IMG/VR virus record: IMGVR_UViG_3300027852_000031
Span: 26,250-90,249 of that record
DNA: 64,000 nucleotides
Origin: a virus
Direction: 5' to 3' (one strand)
Both the position numbers and the translations under genes were made by a program. Below, piece after piece: positions 1 through 9,820 of this stretch. Each line of letters opens with the position of its first letter. Position 1 is the stretch's first letter. The notes beneath the pieces were generated by a model. It saw only the letters and a list, made by a program, of their open reading frames with translations. It ran no database searches and was not told where the DNA came from.

Positions 1-123
1 AATTTATTGCACGCCGATCCGACCAAAGCCAACCGAGTGCTTGGATGGAGTAGACAGATTGGTTTTGGAGAAATGGTCGACAGTATGGTACAACACGATT
101 ATAGAAGTATGATTCGGTGTTAG
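1..123 (+). CDS. gmd: GDP-mannose 4,6-dehydratase, C-terminal fragment (gene starts before window)
   Basis: Frame 1 reads NLLHADPTKANRVLGWSRQIGFGEMVDSMVQHDY..., matching the Gmd C-terminal pattern (LLGDPxKAxxxLGW...FxELVxxMVxxD); stop TAG at 121-123. Not in ORF track. Confidence 0.7.
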   Translation, partial: NLLHADPTKANRVLGWSRQIGFGEMVDSMVQHDYRSMIRC

Positions 124-162
124 TATTTATTCCTATGTGTGTATTAAAAGAGAGACACAGAG

Positions 163-678
163 ATGCCTAGACTTGTTTTGCCATCTTATACAGTGATACG
201 AGACACTAGAGAGCAGTGCGGTCATGGGTGGGATTTTCAACCACATGTACCGGACCGTAGACCTCCCAGATGCGATGGCACAACTAGACAGACCCTAGAA
301 ACTGGCGACTATAGCCTGGTTGGCTACACAGACCTGCTAACGATTGAACGAAAAAATGATTTTTCTGAGTTGTGGGGGAATTATAACCGTCACAAGAGAG
401 AGGCGTTTGAAAATGAATTAGATCGCATGTCTAAGTTGAAATATCCGTATATTATCATTGAGTCTTTGCTGACACCAGATATAATGGAATTATCGCCCCC
501 TCAATTTTCAAAAGGTGTTCCTGGTAAATCATTAATCAGATGGCTGATGCACTTATCTGCGAAACACAGGGTGCCAATTATCCCTGCTGGTTCGTGTGGT
601 CGCAAGATAGCCCAGATGCTTTTTGAGGAAGTTGTAAGATTGGAAAAGTCTAGGTGGATTCCGCAGTCACCAAAATAA
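163..678 (+). CDS. ERCC4/XPF-domain nuclease
   Basis: Motifs VIRDTREQ, TGDYSL, IERKxxxxEL typical of ERCC4 nuclease domains; GGAG-like RBS upstream. Confidence 0.8.
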   Translation: MPRLVLPSYTVIRDTREQCGHGWDFQPHVPDRRPPRCDGTTRQTLETGDYSLVGYTDLLTIERKNDFSELWGNYNRHKREAFENELDRMSKLKYPYIIIESLLTPDIMELSPPQFSKGVPGKSLIRWLMHLSAKHRVPIIPAGSCGRKIAQMLFEEVVRLEKSRWIPQSPK

Positions 679-693
679 TCAAAGGACGAGATT

Positions 694-3600
694 GTGCCGA
701 ATAACAGCGTAACTTTAGATGATCTTTTACATGGTGCCCAAGGGGAATATGGCCATTTATTCCCATTCCGAAACAGGGTGCCAGACATAAAGAAGCATAT
801 TTTCCAGGATCTTAAACAATCTAAAGATTCGCTAGATGTGGTTGTCGCCAGACATATGTTAAACATAGACTATATAGGCTGGACGGCCAAGGCTTTGTTG
901 GGAATAGATTTGTTTCCAATTCAAATCGCAATATTGCAGATGATGTGGCAAACACCATTTCCCATGTTGATAGCTTGTCGTGGTGGTAGTAAGTCATTCA
1001 TGCTCGCTGTTTATTCAGTACTTAGAGCACTGTTAGACCCAGGTACCAAGGTAGTTATTGTCGGAGCGGGACTAAGACAAGCTAGATTGGTGTTTAACTA
1101 CATCGACACTATCTGGTCAAATTCTTCCATTTTACGACACATAGTCGGTGGTGGGAAAAAGGCTGGTCCACGACAAAATGTGGATTTATGTTATTTTAAA
1201 ATTGGCGATAGTATTATCTATGCCCTGCCAATGGGAGATGGTTGCAGTGACACTTTAACTTGTGTAACACACAAACATGGATTCGGAAGAATATCTGACG
1301 ATCAAATTCCTGGACAAACTGAACAAACCACTATTAATCGTTATGCAGAACTTTGGGGTAACAAAAAATTTAGACTAAGCGACGAGTCCTATTGCAACGG
1401 TAAGTCCCAAACCAAGAAGATACGAACTCATCACGGATTCGAATTTAATGCCACACACAACCACAAGCTAAAAATCGTCAGAGATAACAAGGCTACATGG
1501 ACTCGAATGGATGAAATTAAATCTGGTGACAGAATCTTGCTTGATCGTTCTGTTAGATGGCACGACGGTGATGTTGGTATAACAGAAGACGAGTCATATG
1601 CACTTGGACTACTGGCCGGTGATGGTAGCTATACTATACAGAAAAGAATCGCGTTTGCCACAAACGATATCGAGTTGGCTCATGCTGTACAGAAATTAGT
1701 ACCAATAAGACAATTGCCATCAGACCCACAGCACTGGACGCTATCTAGCGTAAAACACTGGAATGGCCTACTGGATAAATTCGGAATAGACAGGAATCAC
1801 TTGCCTACTAAACACAAGCAGTTCCCAACAACCATCCTTCAATCTCCGCGTCACATAACATCTGCTTTTATTTCGGGGCTGTTCGATACCGATGGTACAG
1901 TTCAAGTAACAACAGAACGCGGTGGAACACAAATAGGTATTACCTTTTACAATACCAGCAAAGAATTGGTGAGACAACTTCAATATATTCTATTACACTA
2001 CGGGATAGTCGCCCATGTGAAGTCTCGCAAACGAGATGACAAATGGGAAGAATGTTATGAATTGTCAATAACGGGTCGAGATATTTTGATTTTTGCTACC
2101 GAAATTGGGTTCAGATTAAAACGAAAACAAGCCAAGCTTTTGAGCGGTATTGAAAAGAAAAAGCGATGGATGGATCAGAACGACGAGATACCTGGCGTTC
2201 TTGGTGATATGATTGATATTTCTGAGAACAATCGAGCGCAACACGGCACTGGCAATTGTGTGTCGGTCTGTGCTGGTCGATTAAAGGTGAAAAAATCCGC
2301 TAGTCGTCCATTGGTAGATAATTTCCTACGAGTCTATGGTCACATAGATGATGAGCGTGTAGACCACATTCGTCGTCTCGCTGATCCAGACATTTATTAT
2401 GACGAAATAGTTTCTATAGAAGATGATGAATGTGTTACATTTGATGTTCATGTTCCGGATGGGCACGAATATTGCGCCAATGGGTTCTTTAGTCACAATA
2501 CCAAAATTAGAGGATTCCGTGCAAATGTAGTTATTGCCGACGAATTTGCTAGTATCCCCGAAGATGTATTTGATGTGGTCGTTCGTGGTTTCGCGGCTAC
2601 AGCCAAGACTCCAATTGAAGAAGCAAAGAAACGTGCTTTTGATAAACAATTGGCTAAACTTGATTTGCCGAATGATGTTAAAAAGAAATTGGTCACAGAT
2701 GATGGCAAATTTCATGGAAACCAGATTGTTTATTCAGGAACAGCGTATTATGCGTTTAATCATTTTGCAAAAAAATACCAGATGTGGCAAGATATAATAC
2801 ATAGCCAGGGCGATCAGGACAAAGTGTCGCAAATTTTTGGTGGTGAATATGCAATACCAGATAGTTTCAACTATAAGGATTACTCAATAATTAGGATACC
2901 ACACACCCATTTGCCAGATGGATTGTTGGATGACAGACAATTGGCGCACGCAAAAGCGACACTTCCAAAAAATATATATCTAATGGAATATGGTGCCGTT
3001 TTTGTAAAAGATTCAGATGGTTTTTTCCCTAGGAGCTTAATCGAAGGATGTACAGTAGGGCCGAATAAACCCATTATTACACCAGACGGTCCAATTACTT
3101 TTACACCATCGATGAGGGGGCAATCGAAATGTAAGTATGTAATGGGCATAGACCCTGCTGCCGAAAGAGACAATTTGGCTATTACACTAGTTGAGGTGTG
3201 GAAAAATCATTATAGGGTTGTATATTGTTGGGCTGTTAATAAGAAAGAGTTTTCGCAACGACGCAAGCGTGGTCTGATTACCGACGATGATTATTACGCC
3301 TACTGCTGTTCTAGAATACGGGAAATAGTTAAATTATTTAATCCAGTAAGAATTGAAATGGATAGCCAGGGTGGAGGCTATGCTGTGGCAGAGATGTTAA
3401 GAACTAAAAAATTGCTTGATATCGATGCTGGTGATTTCCCAATTTATGAAACAATTGATTTTGATGATCCAAAGACCACTGACGGAGAGACTGATGGTCG
3501 TCACATTTTACACCTTGTTAAGCAGAGTACTGACTTTAATCAAGACGCAAACATAGCCTTACACAAAAGTTTAGAAACTAGAACATTGCTTTTTCCAGCT

Positions 3601-4050
3601 TTTGACAGCGTCAAGATGTATGCATCCATAGAGGCAGAAAAGGCCCAGGGTATTATTTTTGATACGTTTGAAGAAAATGTATTTAATATAGAAGAATTAA
3701 AAAATGAACTTTGTACGATCCAAATGAGTGAAACTGCAACTGGGAAAGAGCGGTTCGACACACCACAGGTTGTGCGACCCGGTGCAGTCGAAGGTCGTAG
3801 TAGAAAAGGCAGACTCAAAAAAGATAGATACACAGCACTTTTATTATGCCATAAGTATATTTACGATACAGAGACTACGCCATCGACCGATATTGATTAC
3901 AATGATGTTCCAGGGAATATTGAGAAACGATCAAGACCAGGCGAGAATGAGAATATGTATCAAGGGCCGGGTGTCGGAAGAATGAGAAATGCTAGTAGTA
4001 CACGCAATGGGGGCATATTTAAGGCTGTTAAAAAGGGTAAAAGAATTTAG
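694..4050 (+). CDS. terL: Terminase large subunit, intein-containing
   Basis: Walker A-like ACRGGSKSF; after intein removal GDG-TKIRGFRANVVIADEF (Walker B); RNase H-like nuclease motifs MGIDPA, EMDSQGGG, KKDRYTA; directly upstream of portal. Confidence 0.93.
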   Translation: MPNNSVTLDDLLHGAQGEYGHLFPFRNRVPDIKKHIFQDLKQSKDSLDVVVARHMLNIDYIGWTAKALLGIDLFPIQIAILQMMWQTPFPMLIACRGGSKSFMLAVYSVLRALLDPGTKVVIVGAGLRQARLVFNYIDTIWSNSSILRHIVGGGKKAGPRQNVDLCYFKIGDSIIYALPMGDGCSDTLTCVTHKHGFGRISDDQIPGQTEQTTINRYAELWGNKKFRLSDESYCNGKSQTKKIRTHHGFEFNATHNHKLKIVRDNKATWTRMDEIKSGDRILLDRSVRWHDGDVGITEDESYALGLLAGDGSYTIQKRIAFATNDIELAHAVQKLVPIRQLPSDPQHWTLSSVKHWNGLLDKFGIDRNHLPTKHKQFPTTILQSPRHITSAFISGLFDTDGTVQVTTERGGTQIGITFYNTSKELVRQLQYILLHYGIVAHVKSRKRDDKWEECYELSITGRDILIFATEIGFRLKRKQAKLLSGIEKKKRWMDQNDEIPGVLGDMIDISENNRAQHGTGNCVSVCAGRLKVKKSASRPLVDNFLRVYGHIDDERVDHIRRLADPDIYYDEIVSIEDDECVTFDVHVPDGHEYCANGFFSHNTKIRGFRANVVIADEFASIPEDVFDVVVRGFAATAKTPIEEAKKRAFDKQLAKLDLPNDVKKKLVTDDGKFHGNQIVYSGTAYYAFNHFAKKYQMWQDIIHSQGDQDKVSQIFGGEYAIPDSFNYKDYSIIRIPHTHLPDGLLDDRQLAHAKATLPKNIYLMEYGAVFVKDSDGFFPRSLIEGCTVGPNKPIITPDGPITFTPSMRGQSKCKYVMGIDPAAERDNLAITLVEVWKNHYRVVYCWAVNKKEFSQRRKRGLITDDDYYAYCCSRIREIVKLFNPVRIEMDSQGGGYAVAEMLRTKKLLDIDAGDFPIYETIDFDDPKTTDGETDGRHILHLVKQSTDFNQDANIALHKSLETRTLLFPAFDSVKMYASIEAEKAQGIIFDTFEENVFNIEELKNELCTIQMSETATGKERFDTPQVVRPGAVEGRSRKGRLKKDRYTALLLCHKYIYDTETTPSTDIDYNDVPGNIEKRSRPGENENMYQGPGVGRMRNASSTRNGGIFKAVKKGKRI
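1243..2499 (+). mobile_element. Intein (419 aa) with LAGLIDADG homing endonuclease, in terL
   Basis: Starts with Cys (CSDTLT), ends FFSHN followed by Thr(+1); internal motifs YALGLLAGDGS and FISGLFDTDGT; excision restores a continuous terminase motif. Confidence 0.93.
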
Positions 4051-4061
4051 ATATTATTGTT

Positions 4062-4069
4062 GTGTATAA
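4062..4069 (+). promoter_or_regulatory. GTGTATAA putative late promoter upstream of portal
   Basis: Recurrent 8-mer in the terL-portal intergenic gap. Confidence 0.6.
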
Positions 4070-4112
4070 CCAATGGTATCGTAATTGAACCCCAATATGA
4101 TCGGAATAAATA

Positions 4113-6260
4113 ATGTCAGATAAAAATACAAATAAGACTACAAAACCCGAATCTGCCAGTGTCAAAAATGACAATCTATACTCTTGTGGGCCAAATAGTC
4201 TAAAAGAACATAGATTGCCAGATGTGTGTCATGCGCATAGAGGGCTGCCCCGTAGAGCTATCGCATCTGATACTAATCTTCGGAGTGGTTTTAATAGATA
4301 TGACCAAGACGCTGCACGCCCAGACGACAAACTGCCGACAGAACATGGTGATATTATTTTGGCTTGTCAATCAATTTATCGTAAAGTCGGAATGGTCAGA
4401 AATATTATTGATCTGATGACAGATTTTGCAGCAGAAGGTTTAGAACTACAACATCCAATTAAAAGTCAGGAAAAATTCTTTAGGGAATGGGCTCGCCGTG
4501 TTAATCTTTCTGGTCGTGCGCATGATTTTATGAAACTACTGATGAGAGATGCCAATGTGATCGTAAGACGAAAGAATGCGATACTTAGTATTCCTATGGC
4601 CCAAAAAATGGCAAAGGGCGGTGTGTCTATCACAGAGACTGTTGACGAGACTATTGTCACAGATATTCCAACCAAAGTTGATGTTCCAAAAGCTAAACAC
4701 AAAAAACGAGAAATACCATGGAAATATACATTTATATCTCCAGTAATTGTAGAAAAGATTGGGGATGATGTTGGTAGATTTTTTGGTTCAGATGATTTGG
4801 GTATGCGAATACCGACATCTTTGGCCAACTCGATAAACAATCCATCCACCAATACCGCTAAGAAGTTTTTAAAAGAATTACCACCAGAAATAATTCGAGC
4901 AGCGAAGAATAGTGGTAGATTAATTAAACTCGACATGAGCAGGATATATGTTGATTATTACAAGAAAGACGACTGGGAAGACTGGGGAACGCCATTTTTG
5001 TATGGTGTTTTGGAAGATGTGATGTTTAAAGAAAAAATGCGATTAGCTGATATGGCTGCGCTCGACGGTGTAATTAATGTTATTCGCATTTGGAAGCTAG
5101 GAAAATCAGACAGCCAAATATTACCCACTCCCGCCGCTGTAGATAAATTGATAGATATTCTTCAGCACAACGTTGGCGGCGGTGTCATGGATTTGGTTTG
5201 GGATGATATGATCGATTTACAGGTAGAGTATCCGCCGATTGATAAAATTCTGGGAGCCGATAAATATCAAGGAGTTAACACAGATATAGTTCGTGGTTTG
5301 GGTATTCCAGATTCACTGATCGGTGGTGCCGATCTTGGTACCCGTAATGCCCAATCGGCTTTTGTTCAATTGAAAACATTGGTTGAACGATTGGAATATG
5401 TGAGAAGCAGAGCTATCCGATGGATGGATGGTGAATTGCGGCTAGTGGCAGATGCAATGGGGTTTAAGCGGATTCCAGCAGTTAATTTTGGTATTATGTC
5501 GCTTCGAGACGAAGCGGCTGAAAAACAACTAATAATTCAGTTGTTGGATCGTGGTATTATATCGTCAGAAAAGGTAACAGAAGTTTTTGGTGTGAATTAT
5601 GGTATTGAGTTAGAAAGAATGAGAACAGAGCAGACAATTAGAGACAATAGTTCTGGCATATTAGAAAAATCTAATCCATATAATAGGCCCTTTTCTGTTA
5701 TGGAAAAACAGAATGAATTGGCTATTGAGTTAGAAAGAGTTAAGCAGAATTGTTCAGATTCTGGAACGTCAGAAGACGATAATGGTGGTGGAGATAATCC
5801 TAATGGCGATCAGCCACGAGACGACGGTAATAATTCGCCAGGTAAGCCACCATCTACTACTGATACCAAAGTTCGGGATACACGGACACCAAAGACTTTA
5901 TCTACATTATACATGATAGGGTTTCAATATTTAGATCAAATAGATAAATTGATTAATAAAAATTACCTAAAATCATGTAAAGCAAAAAACATGCGGTTAC
6001 TGACAAAAGAACAAAAACTATATTTAGAAAGAGTGAAGAGAGGTATTTTGTCTGTATTACGACCAGGAGACATGGTTACAAATAAACTAATAGCAGAAAG
6101 ATTGTCTGATGTTAACGTTGGTGATTCAAAATTAGAAAATGTGTTTAATCGTTTGATTGGTGATTTTACGTCGTCAACTAACGATTCGCCAACTTTCACA
6201 GAACGTAAAGTTTTAACAGCCACAGCATGGGCTGATTTTGTGAACGATATTGATAGATAA
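4113..6260 (+). CDS. Portal protein
   Basis: 715 aa, between terminase and protease/capsid genes; portal-like helical core (DWGTPFLYGV, GLGIPDSLIGG), low-complexity C-terminal region. Confidence 0.8.
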   Translation: MSDKNTNKTTKPESASVKNDNLYSCGPNSLKEHRLPDVCHAHRGLPRRAIASDTNLRSGFNRYDQDAARPDDKLPTEHGDIILACQSIYRKVGMVRNIIDLMTDFAAEGLELQHPIKSQEKFFREWARRVNLSGRAHDFMKLLMRDANVIVRRKNAILSIPMAQKMAKGGVSITETVDETIVTDIPTKVDVPKAKHKKREIPWKYTFISPVIVEKIGDDVGRFFGSDDLGMRIPTSLANSINNPSTNTAKKFLKELPPEIIRAAKNSGRLIKLDMSRIYVDYYKKDDWEDWGTPFLYGVLEDVMFKEKMRLADMAALDGVINVIRIWKLGKSDSQILPTPAAVDKLIDILQHNVGGGVMDLVWDDMIDLQVEYPPIDKILGADKYQGVNTDIVRGLGIPDSLIGGADLGTRNAQSAFVQLKTLVERLEYVRSRAIRWMDGELRLVADAMGFKRIPAVNFGIMSLRDEAAEKQLIIQLLDRGIISSEKVTEVFGVNYGIELERMRTEQTIRDNSSGILEKSNPYNRPFSVMEKQNELAIELERVKQNCSDSGTSEDDNGGGDNPNGDQPRDDGNNSPGKPPSTTDTKVRDTRTPKTLSTLYMIGFQYLDQIDKLINKNYLKSCKAKNMRLLTKEQKLYLERVKRGILSVLRPGDMVTNKLIAERLSDVNVGDSKLENVFNRLIGDFTSSTNDSPTFTERKVLTATAWADFVNDIDR

Positions 6261-6613
6261 TGGGTATTTTGGGGGTAATAGTTATGGCTATAGTAAACAT
6301 ATCATTAGACACAGTGACCAGACAGACCGTATTGACCATTAATGGTATTCTTATGCCAGCGTCGTCGTATTATATGGATAAATATACATACGATGGCCAC
6401 GAAAGTGTAAGTTTCTCATATACAGTTGAAGATATGACTGATGATTCCGGGATGAGAGAGACGCGAAGATTTTATCTTCCATCACCAGAAGAATTGGCAA
6501 CAGAAGCACACGCTGATTTGGATGATAATGGATTTGCTTCAAAAGAAGTCCACGATGATACTCAGACGGCGAGAGACCTTGTCGAACATATGCGAAAAAA
6601 TCGTAATATATAA
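6260..6613 (+). CDS. Hypothetical protein (start may be ATG 6284)
   Basis: ORF coupled to the portal stop; acidic, no recognised motif. Confidence 0.6.
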   Translation: MGILGVIVMAIVNISLDTVTRQTVLTINGILMPASSYYMDKYTYDGHESVSFSYTVEDMTDDSGMRETRRFYLPSPEELATEAHADLDDNGFASKEVHDDTQTARDLVEHMRKNRNI

Positions 6614-6663
6614 TCAGATACTGATGAATAGTTCTCATTTTACGACAGTTTTAACCGATTGTT

Positions 6664-6671
6664 GTGTATAA
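6664..6671 (+). promoter_or_regulatory. GTGTATAA putative late promoter upstream of protease/scaffold
   Basis: Motif 20 nt before ATG 6691. Confidence 0.6.
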
Positions 6672-6690
6672 AATTGGGAATGGGGGTTTT

Positions 6691-8172
6691 ATGCGAATTT
6701 ATGATGCTGAAAAAAAAGACGGAATTGATTTCCATGCGAACAAAAATGGAAGTTCGTCTGCTTTTTTGATTTCCAAAGCCAATATCAAGGATTTAGATAG
6801 TTATTTTAGTGAGAAATCTATAGCAGAATTATTAAAAACCACATCAATCATTCAAACTGTAGAAGAACTAATTGGACAAGAACAGCCAGATCTCGCCCTG
6901 GTTGTCGCAATACTTGTTAGTACTGGGTGGAATCTAAATGATGATATATTTTTGCCAGACGAAGTATGGCGTGCCAGAAAAACGCCGATACACAAGCCAA
7001 TGAACGATAATCACGACGAGACACAAATACTAGGCCACATCGTAGATAGTCGCGTGCTTGATAAGGATGGTGATGAGATAGAATTATCAGATGATGAGTC
7101 GCCTCCGAAGGAATTTGATATAGAGGTTGCTGGCGTTCTATATCGCGCTTTTCCGAAATTGTCTGGTAGGATCAATGATATAATTAAGAAATCCGAATCA
7201 GGAGAAATGTTCGTGTCTATGGAAGCCTGGTTCCCAGATTTCGATTATGGGGTAATAGATCAGGCAACAGGACAAACTAAGATAATTGAACGTACAGAGA
7301 AGACCGCTTTTCTGACTAAACATTTAAGGATTTACAACGGAACTGGCCAATATCAGGGATATAAGATTGGTAGAGTTTTAAAGAATATTATTTTTGGAGC
7401 GCAAGGATTTGTTGATGAACCAGCAAATCCAGATTCTGTGATTAAAGTTGCAGCAAAACACGATGCTGCTTCTAGTAATTTTGTGATTGCTAAACTTGAT
7501 GATCTATTGGAAGGGGGTGTAGACGACATGGATGAGAAACAAATGCAAGAACTTCAGAAGAAACTTGAGGAAGCTCAGGCTATTGTGAAGACGAAAGAGG
7601 ATGAGATAGTTAGTTTAGTTGAGAAGGTTAAAGAGTTTGAAGGCAATGATTATGCTAGCCAAATTGCTACTTTGACTACAAAAGTGGAGGAATTGAGTAC
7701 TGAGATGGTGGAGGCATCTAGTAAGGTTACGTCTGCTGAAGCAGAGAAAGTTGAACTTCAGACAAAATTGGACGAAACAGTTGCTAGGGCGGAAAAAAGT
7801 GAAGTCGAATTAGATGAGATCCGTAAAACCAGTATTGCCAGAGATCGTCTGGATAAATTGACTAAAGTCAAAGAGATTGAAGACGAAGATGCTACATTGG
7901 CAGAACTACGAGACATGACCGAAGATACTTTTGCCATAGTGCTGAAATACGCAGGTGAAATAGGTACTAAGTCGAATGTAGACAATGACAAAGCTGATGG
8001 TCAAGAAGAGGTTTCAGAGCAGGCAGAAGCTGTTTTGGATAAGGCACAAGAGGAAGAAGGTCCAGACTTTAGTGTTGCTGATACAGGGGCTAAGTCAGAT
8101 GAATCTGAATGGGTCGCAACAGCAAAGGCACTATGTGGGCGCAAAAACGACGAAACCGAAGGGGGTGAATAA
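6691..8172 (+). CDS. Prohead protease fused to coiled-coil scaffold
   Basis: N-terminal region with HKPMNDNH...ILGHIVDS and VSMEAW (His/Ser protease-like pattern); acidic E/K-rich coiled-coil C-terminal half; position just before decoration and capsid genes. Confidence 0.7.
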   Translation: MRIYDAEKKDGIDFHANKNGSSSAFLISKANIKDLDSYFSEKSIAELLKTTSIIQTVEELIGQEQPDLALVVAILVSTGWNLNDDIFLPDEVWRARKTPIHKPMNDNHDETQILGHIVDSRVLDKDGDEIELSDDESPPKEFDIEVAGVLYRAFPKLSGRINDIIKKSESGEMFVSMEAWFPDFDYGVIDQATGQTKIIERTEKTAFLTKHLRIYNGTGQYQGYKIGRVLKNIIFGAQGFVDEPANPDSVIKVAAKHDAASSNFVIAKLDDLLEGGVDDMDEKQMQELQKKLEEAQAIVKTKEDEIVSLVEKVKEFEGNDYASQIATLTTKVEELSTEMVEASSKVTSAEAEKVELQTKLDETVARAEKSEVELDEIRKTSIARDRLDKLTKVKEIEDEDATLAELRDMTEDTFAIVLKYAGEIGTKSNVDNDKADGQEEVSEQAEAVLDKAQEEEGPDFSVADTGAKSDESEWVATAKALCGRKNDETEGGE

Positions 8173-8174
8173 GC

Positions 8175-8651
8175 ATGGCCTTGAAACCAGACAGAGAGTA
8201 TAATGAAACAACTGATATCACGAACTTTTGGACTACAATTGCGGCTGAGAAAGGTGGTGTAGCTAGCGTAGTTACACAGGGTTCTGGTGCAGCTATTGGG
8301 TTTACTATTACTGATGATCCAAACGTTGTGGGTTATGTAGCTAATCCGTCCGGCGCAATTGCTAAGGGCGTTTTGCTACAGGAAGTAAATGAACCTATGA
8401 GTGCAACCAGAGATTTTCTCAACTATGAAAGTCTGGAAATTCGTCCTGGCGATAAGTGTACTTTAGTAACGAAAGGATTTGTAGTTACTGATATGGTTAC
8501 TGGTTCCGCACCGACAGCGGGCGCACCAGCATATCTGGCTGCAAGTGGGTATGTTAGCGCTACGCAGGCTACGGGTGCTCCACAGGTTGGTCGTTTTGAG
8601 ACCACACCGGACGCCAATGGGTTTGTTCGGCTTACTGTTGACATAGTATAA
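8175..8651 (+). CDS. Capsid decoration/cement protein
   Basis: 158 aa, Gly/Ala/Thr-rich beta protein between scaffold and major capsid; ends with QVGRFETTPDANGFVRLTVDI, typical of this slot. Confidence 0.65.
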   Translation: MALKPDREYNETTDITNFWTTIAAEKGGVASVVTQGSGAAIGFTITDDPNVVGYVANPSGAIAKGVLLQEVNEPMSATRDFLNYESLEIRPGDKCTLVTKGFVVTDMVTGSAPTAGAPAYLAASGYVSATQATGAPQVGRFETTPDANGFVRLTVDIV

Positions 8652-8665
8652 GGGGGTGAAGAAGA

Positions 8666-9691
8666 ATGAGTCGCAAAATTGTGAAACCAACTGCAGGACA
8701 AATAGAACTTTTAAAACGCACTGGTTCTCCAAACAAAACTGAAGCTTTGGAGGCTATGCATTCATTAGCGGAGGCCCTACAGGTTCCTTTGCGTTCCGCG
8801 CTGTTGGATGGCGACATCCTAGGTGGAATCTTCGTACCTGAATTGCTAGATCCAAGTGCAACCGCAGAGTATCCTCTTGATCTTTTTCAGACAGAACAAG
8901 AGGGTGACTATGTTGCTTATATGATTCCGAACGAAGGCGCTTTACCGCAGCGTACCGTAGTTGGAGATGCCGTTACTGTTCAGACTTATAGTGTTGGTAA
9001 TGCTATTGATTGGCCACTAAAATATGCCACCTCTGCACGCTGGAGTATTGTTGCACGTGCCATGGAAGTCCTAGAAGCTGGTTTTGTTCAGAAGATGAAC
9101 ACAGATGGTTGGCGAGTTATTATAGCAGCTGGTGCTGGTCGCACAGATTATCTTGGGGGTGCCCCACTGGTTTATGACAGTGCCGCTACTGCCGGTCAGT
9201 TTACTAAGAGGCTCGTTTCGTTGATGAAGACTACGATGACACGTTTGGCTGGTGGAAATAGCGCGTCGATAAATCGTGGACAACTAACGGACTTGTACAT
9301 TAGCCCAGAGGCTTTGGAAGATATCCGCGAATGGGATCATGATGAAGTAGATGATTTAACTCGCAGAGAGATCTTTGAGGCCGGGGAAGATACTGGCCCA
9401 ATGGCTAGGATTTACGGTGTTAGACTACATCCGCTTGATGAACTAGGTGTTGGTCAAGAATTCCAGCTATTTTTCGATACACTTGGTCTTTCTATGGGTA
9501 CTAATGATGAGGAAATTGTTATCGGTATGGATCTATCTAAGAGTGATTCCTTTGTCATGCCAGTGAAACGTCCTCTGTCAATCTTTGAAGATGATATGCT
9601 TCACAGGCGTCAGAAAGCGGGTTTCTATGGATGGCAAGAGCATGGATTCGCTGCCCTCGACGGACGCAGAGTTATTCTCGGCAGCTTTTAG
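8666..9691 (+). CDS. Major capsid protein (HK97-like fold inferred)
   Basis: 341 aa, position, followed by a strong terminator; C-terminal QKAGFYGWQEHGFAALDGRRVILG resembles MCP termini. Confidence 0.82.
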   Translation: MSRKIVKPTAGQIELLKRTGSPNKTEALEAMHSLAEALQVPLRSALLDGDILGGIFVPELLDPSATAEYPLDLFQTEQEGDYVAYMIPNEGALPQRTVVGDAVTVQTYSVGNAIDWPLKYATSARWSIVARAMEVLEAGFVQKMNTDGWRVIIAAGAGRTDYLGGAPLVYDSAATAGQFTKRLVSLMKTTMTRLAGGNSASINRGQLTDLYISPEALEDIREWDHDEVDDLTRREIFEAGEDTGPMARIYGVRLHPLDELGVGQEFQLFFDTLGLSMGTNDEEIVIGMDLSKSDSFVMPVKRPLSIFEDDMLHRRQKAGFYGWQEHGFAALDGRRVILGSF

Positions 9692-9711
9692 TAGGTAGTT
9701 TCTAACAATAA

Positions 9712-9742
9712 TGGGGCTGACGATATGTCAGCCTCATTTTTT
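9712..9742 (+). terminator. Rho-independent terminator after capsid gene
   Basis: TGGGGCTGAC-gatat-GTCAGCCTCA hairpin followed by T6. Confidence 0.85.
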
Positions 9743-9820
9743 ATTAGAACTAAGAAAATATTTTTTTCTATGAACAAAATAACCATTGCGACGTATAATA
9801 TCACAGAAGGAGATTAAGTC

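Noticed and set aside
5600-5740. 16-nt direct repeat TATTGAGTTAGAAAGA in portal
   Set aside because: Two in-frame copies encoding IELER; explained by a short coding duplication.
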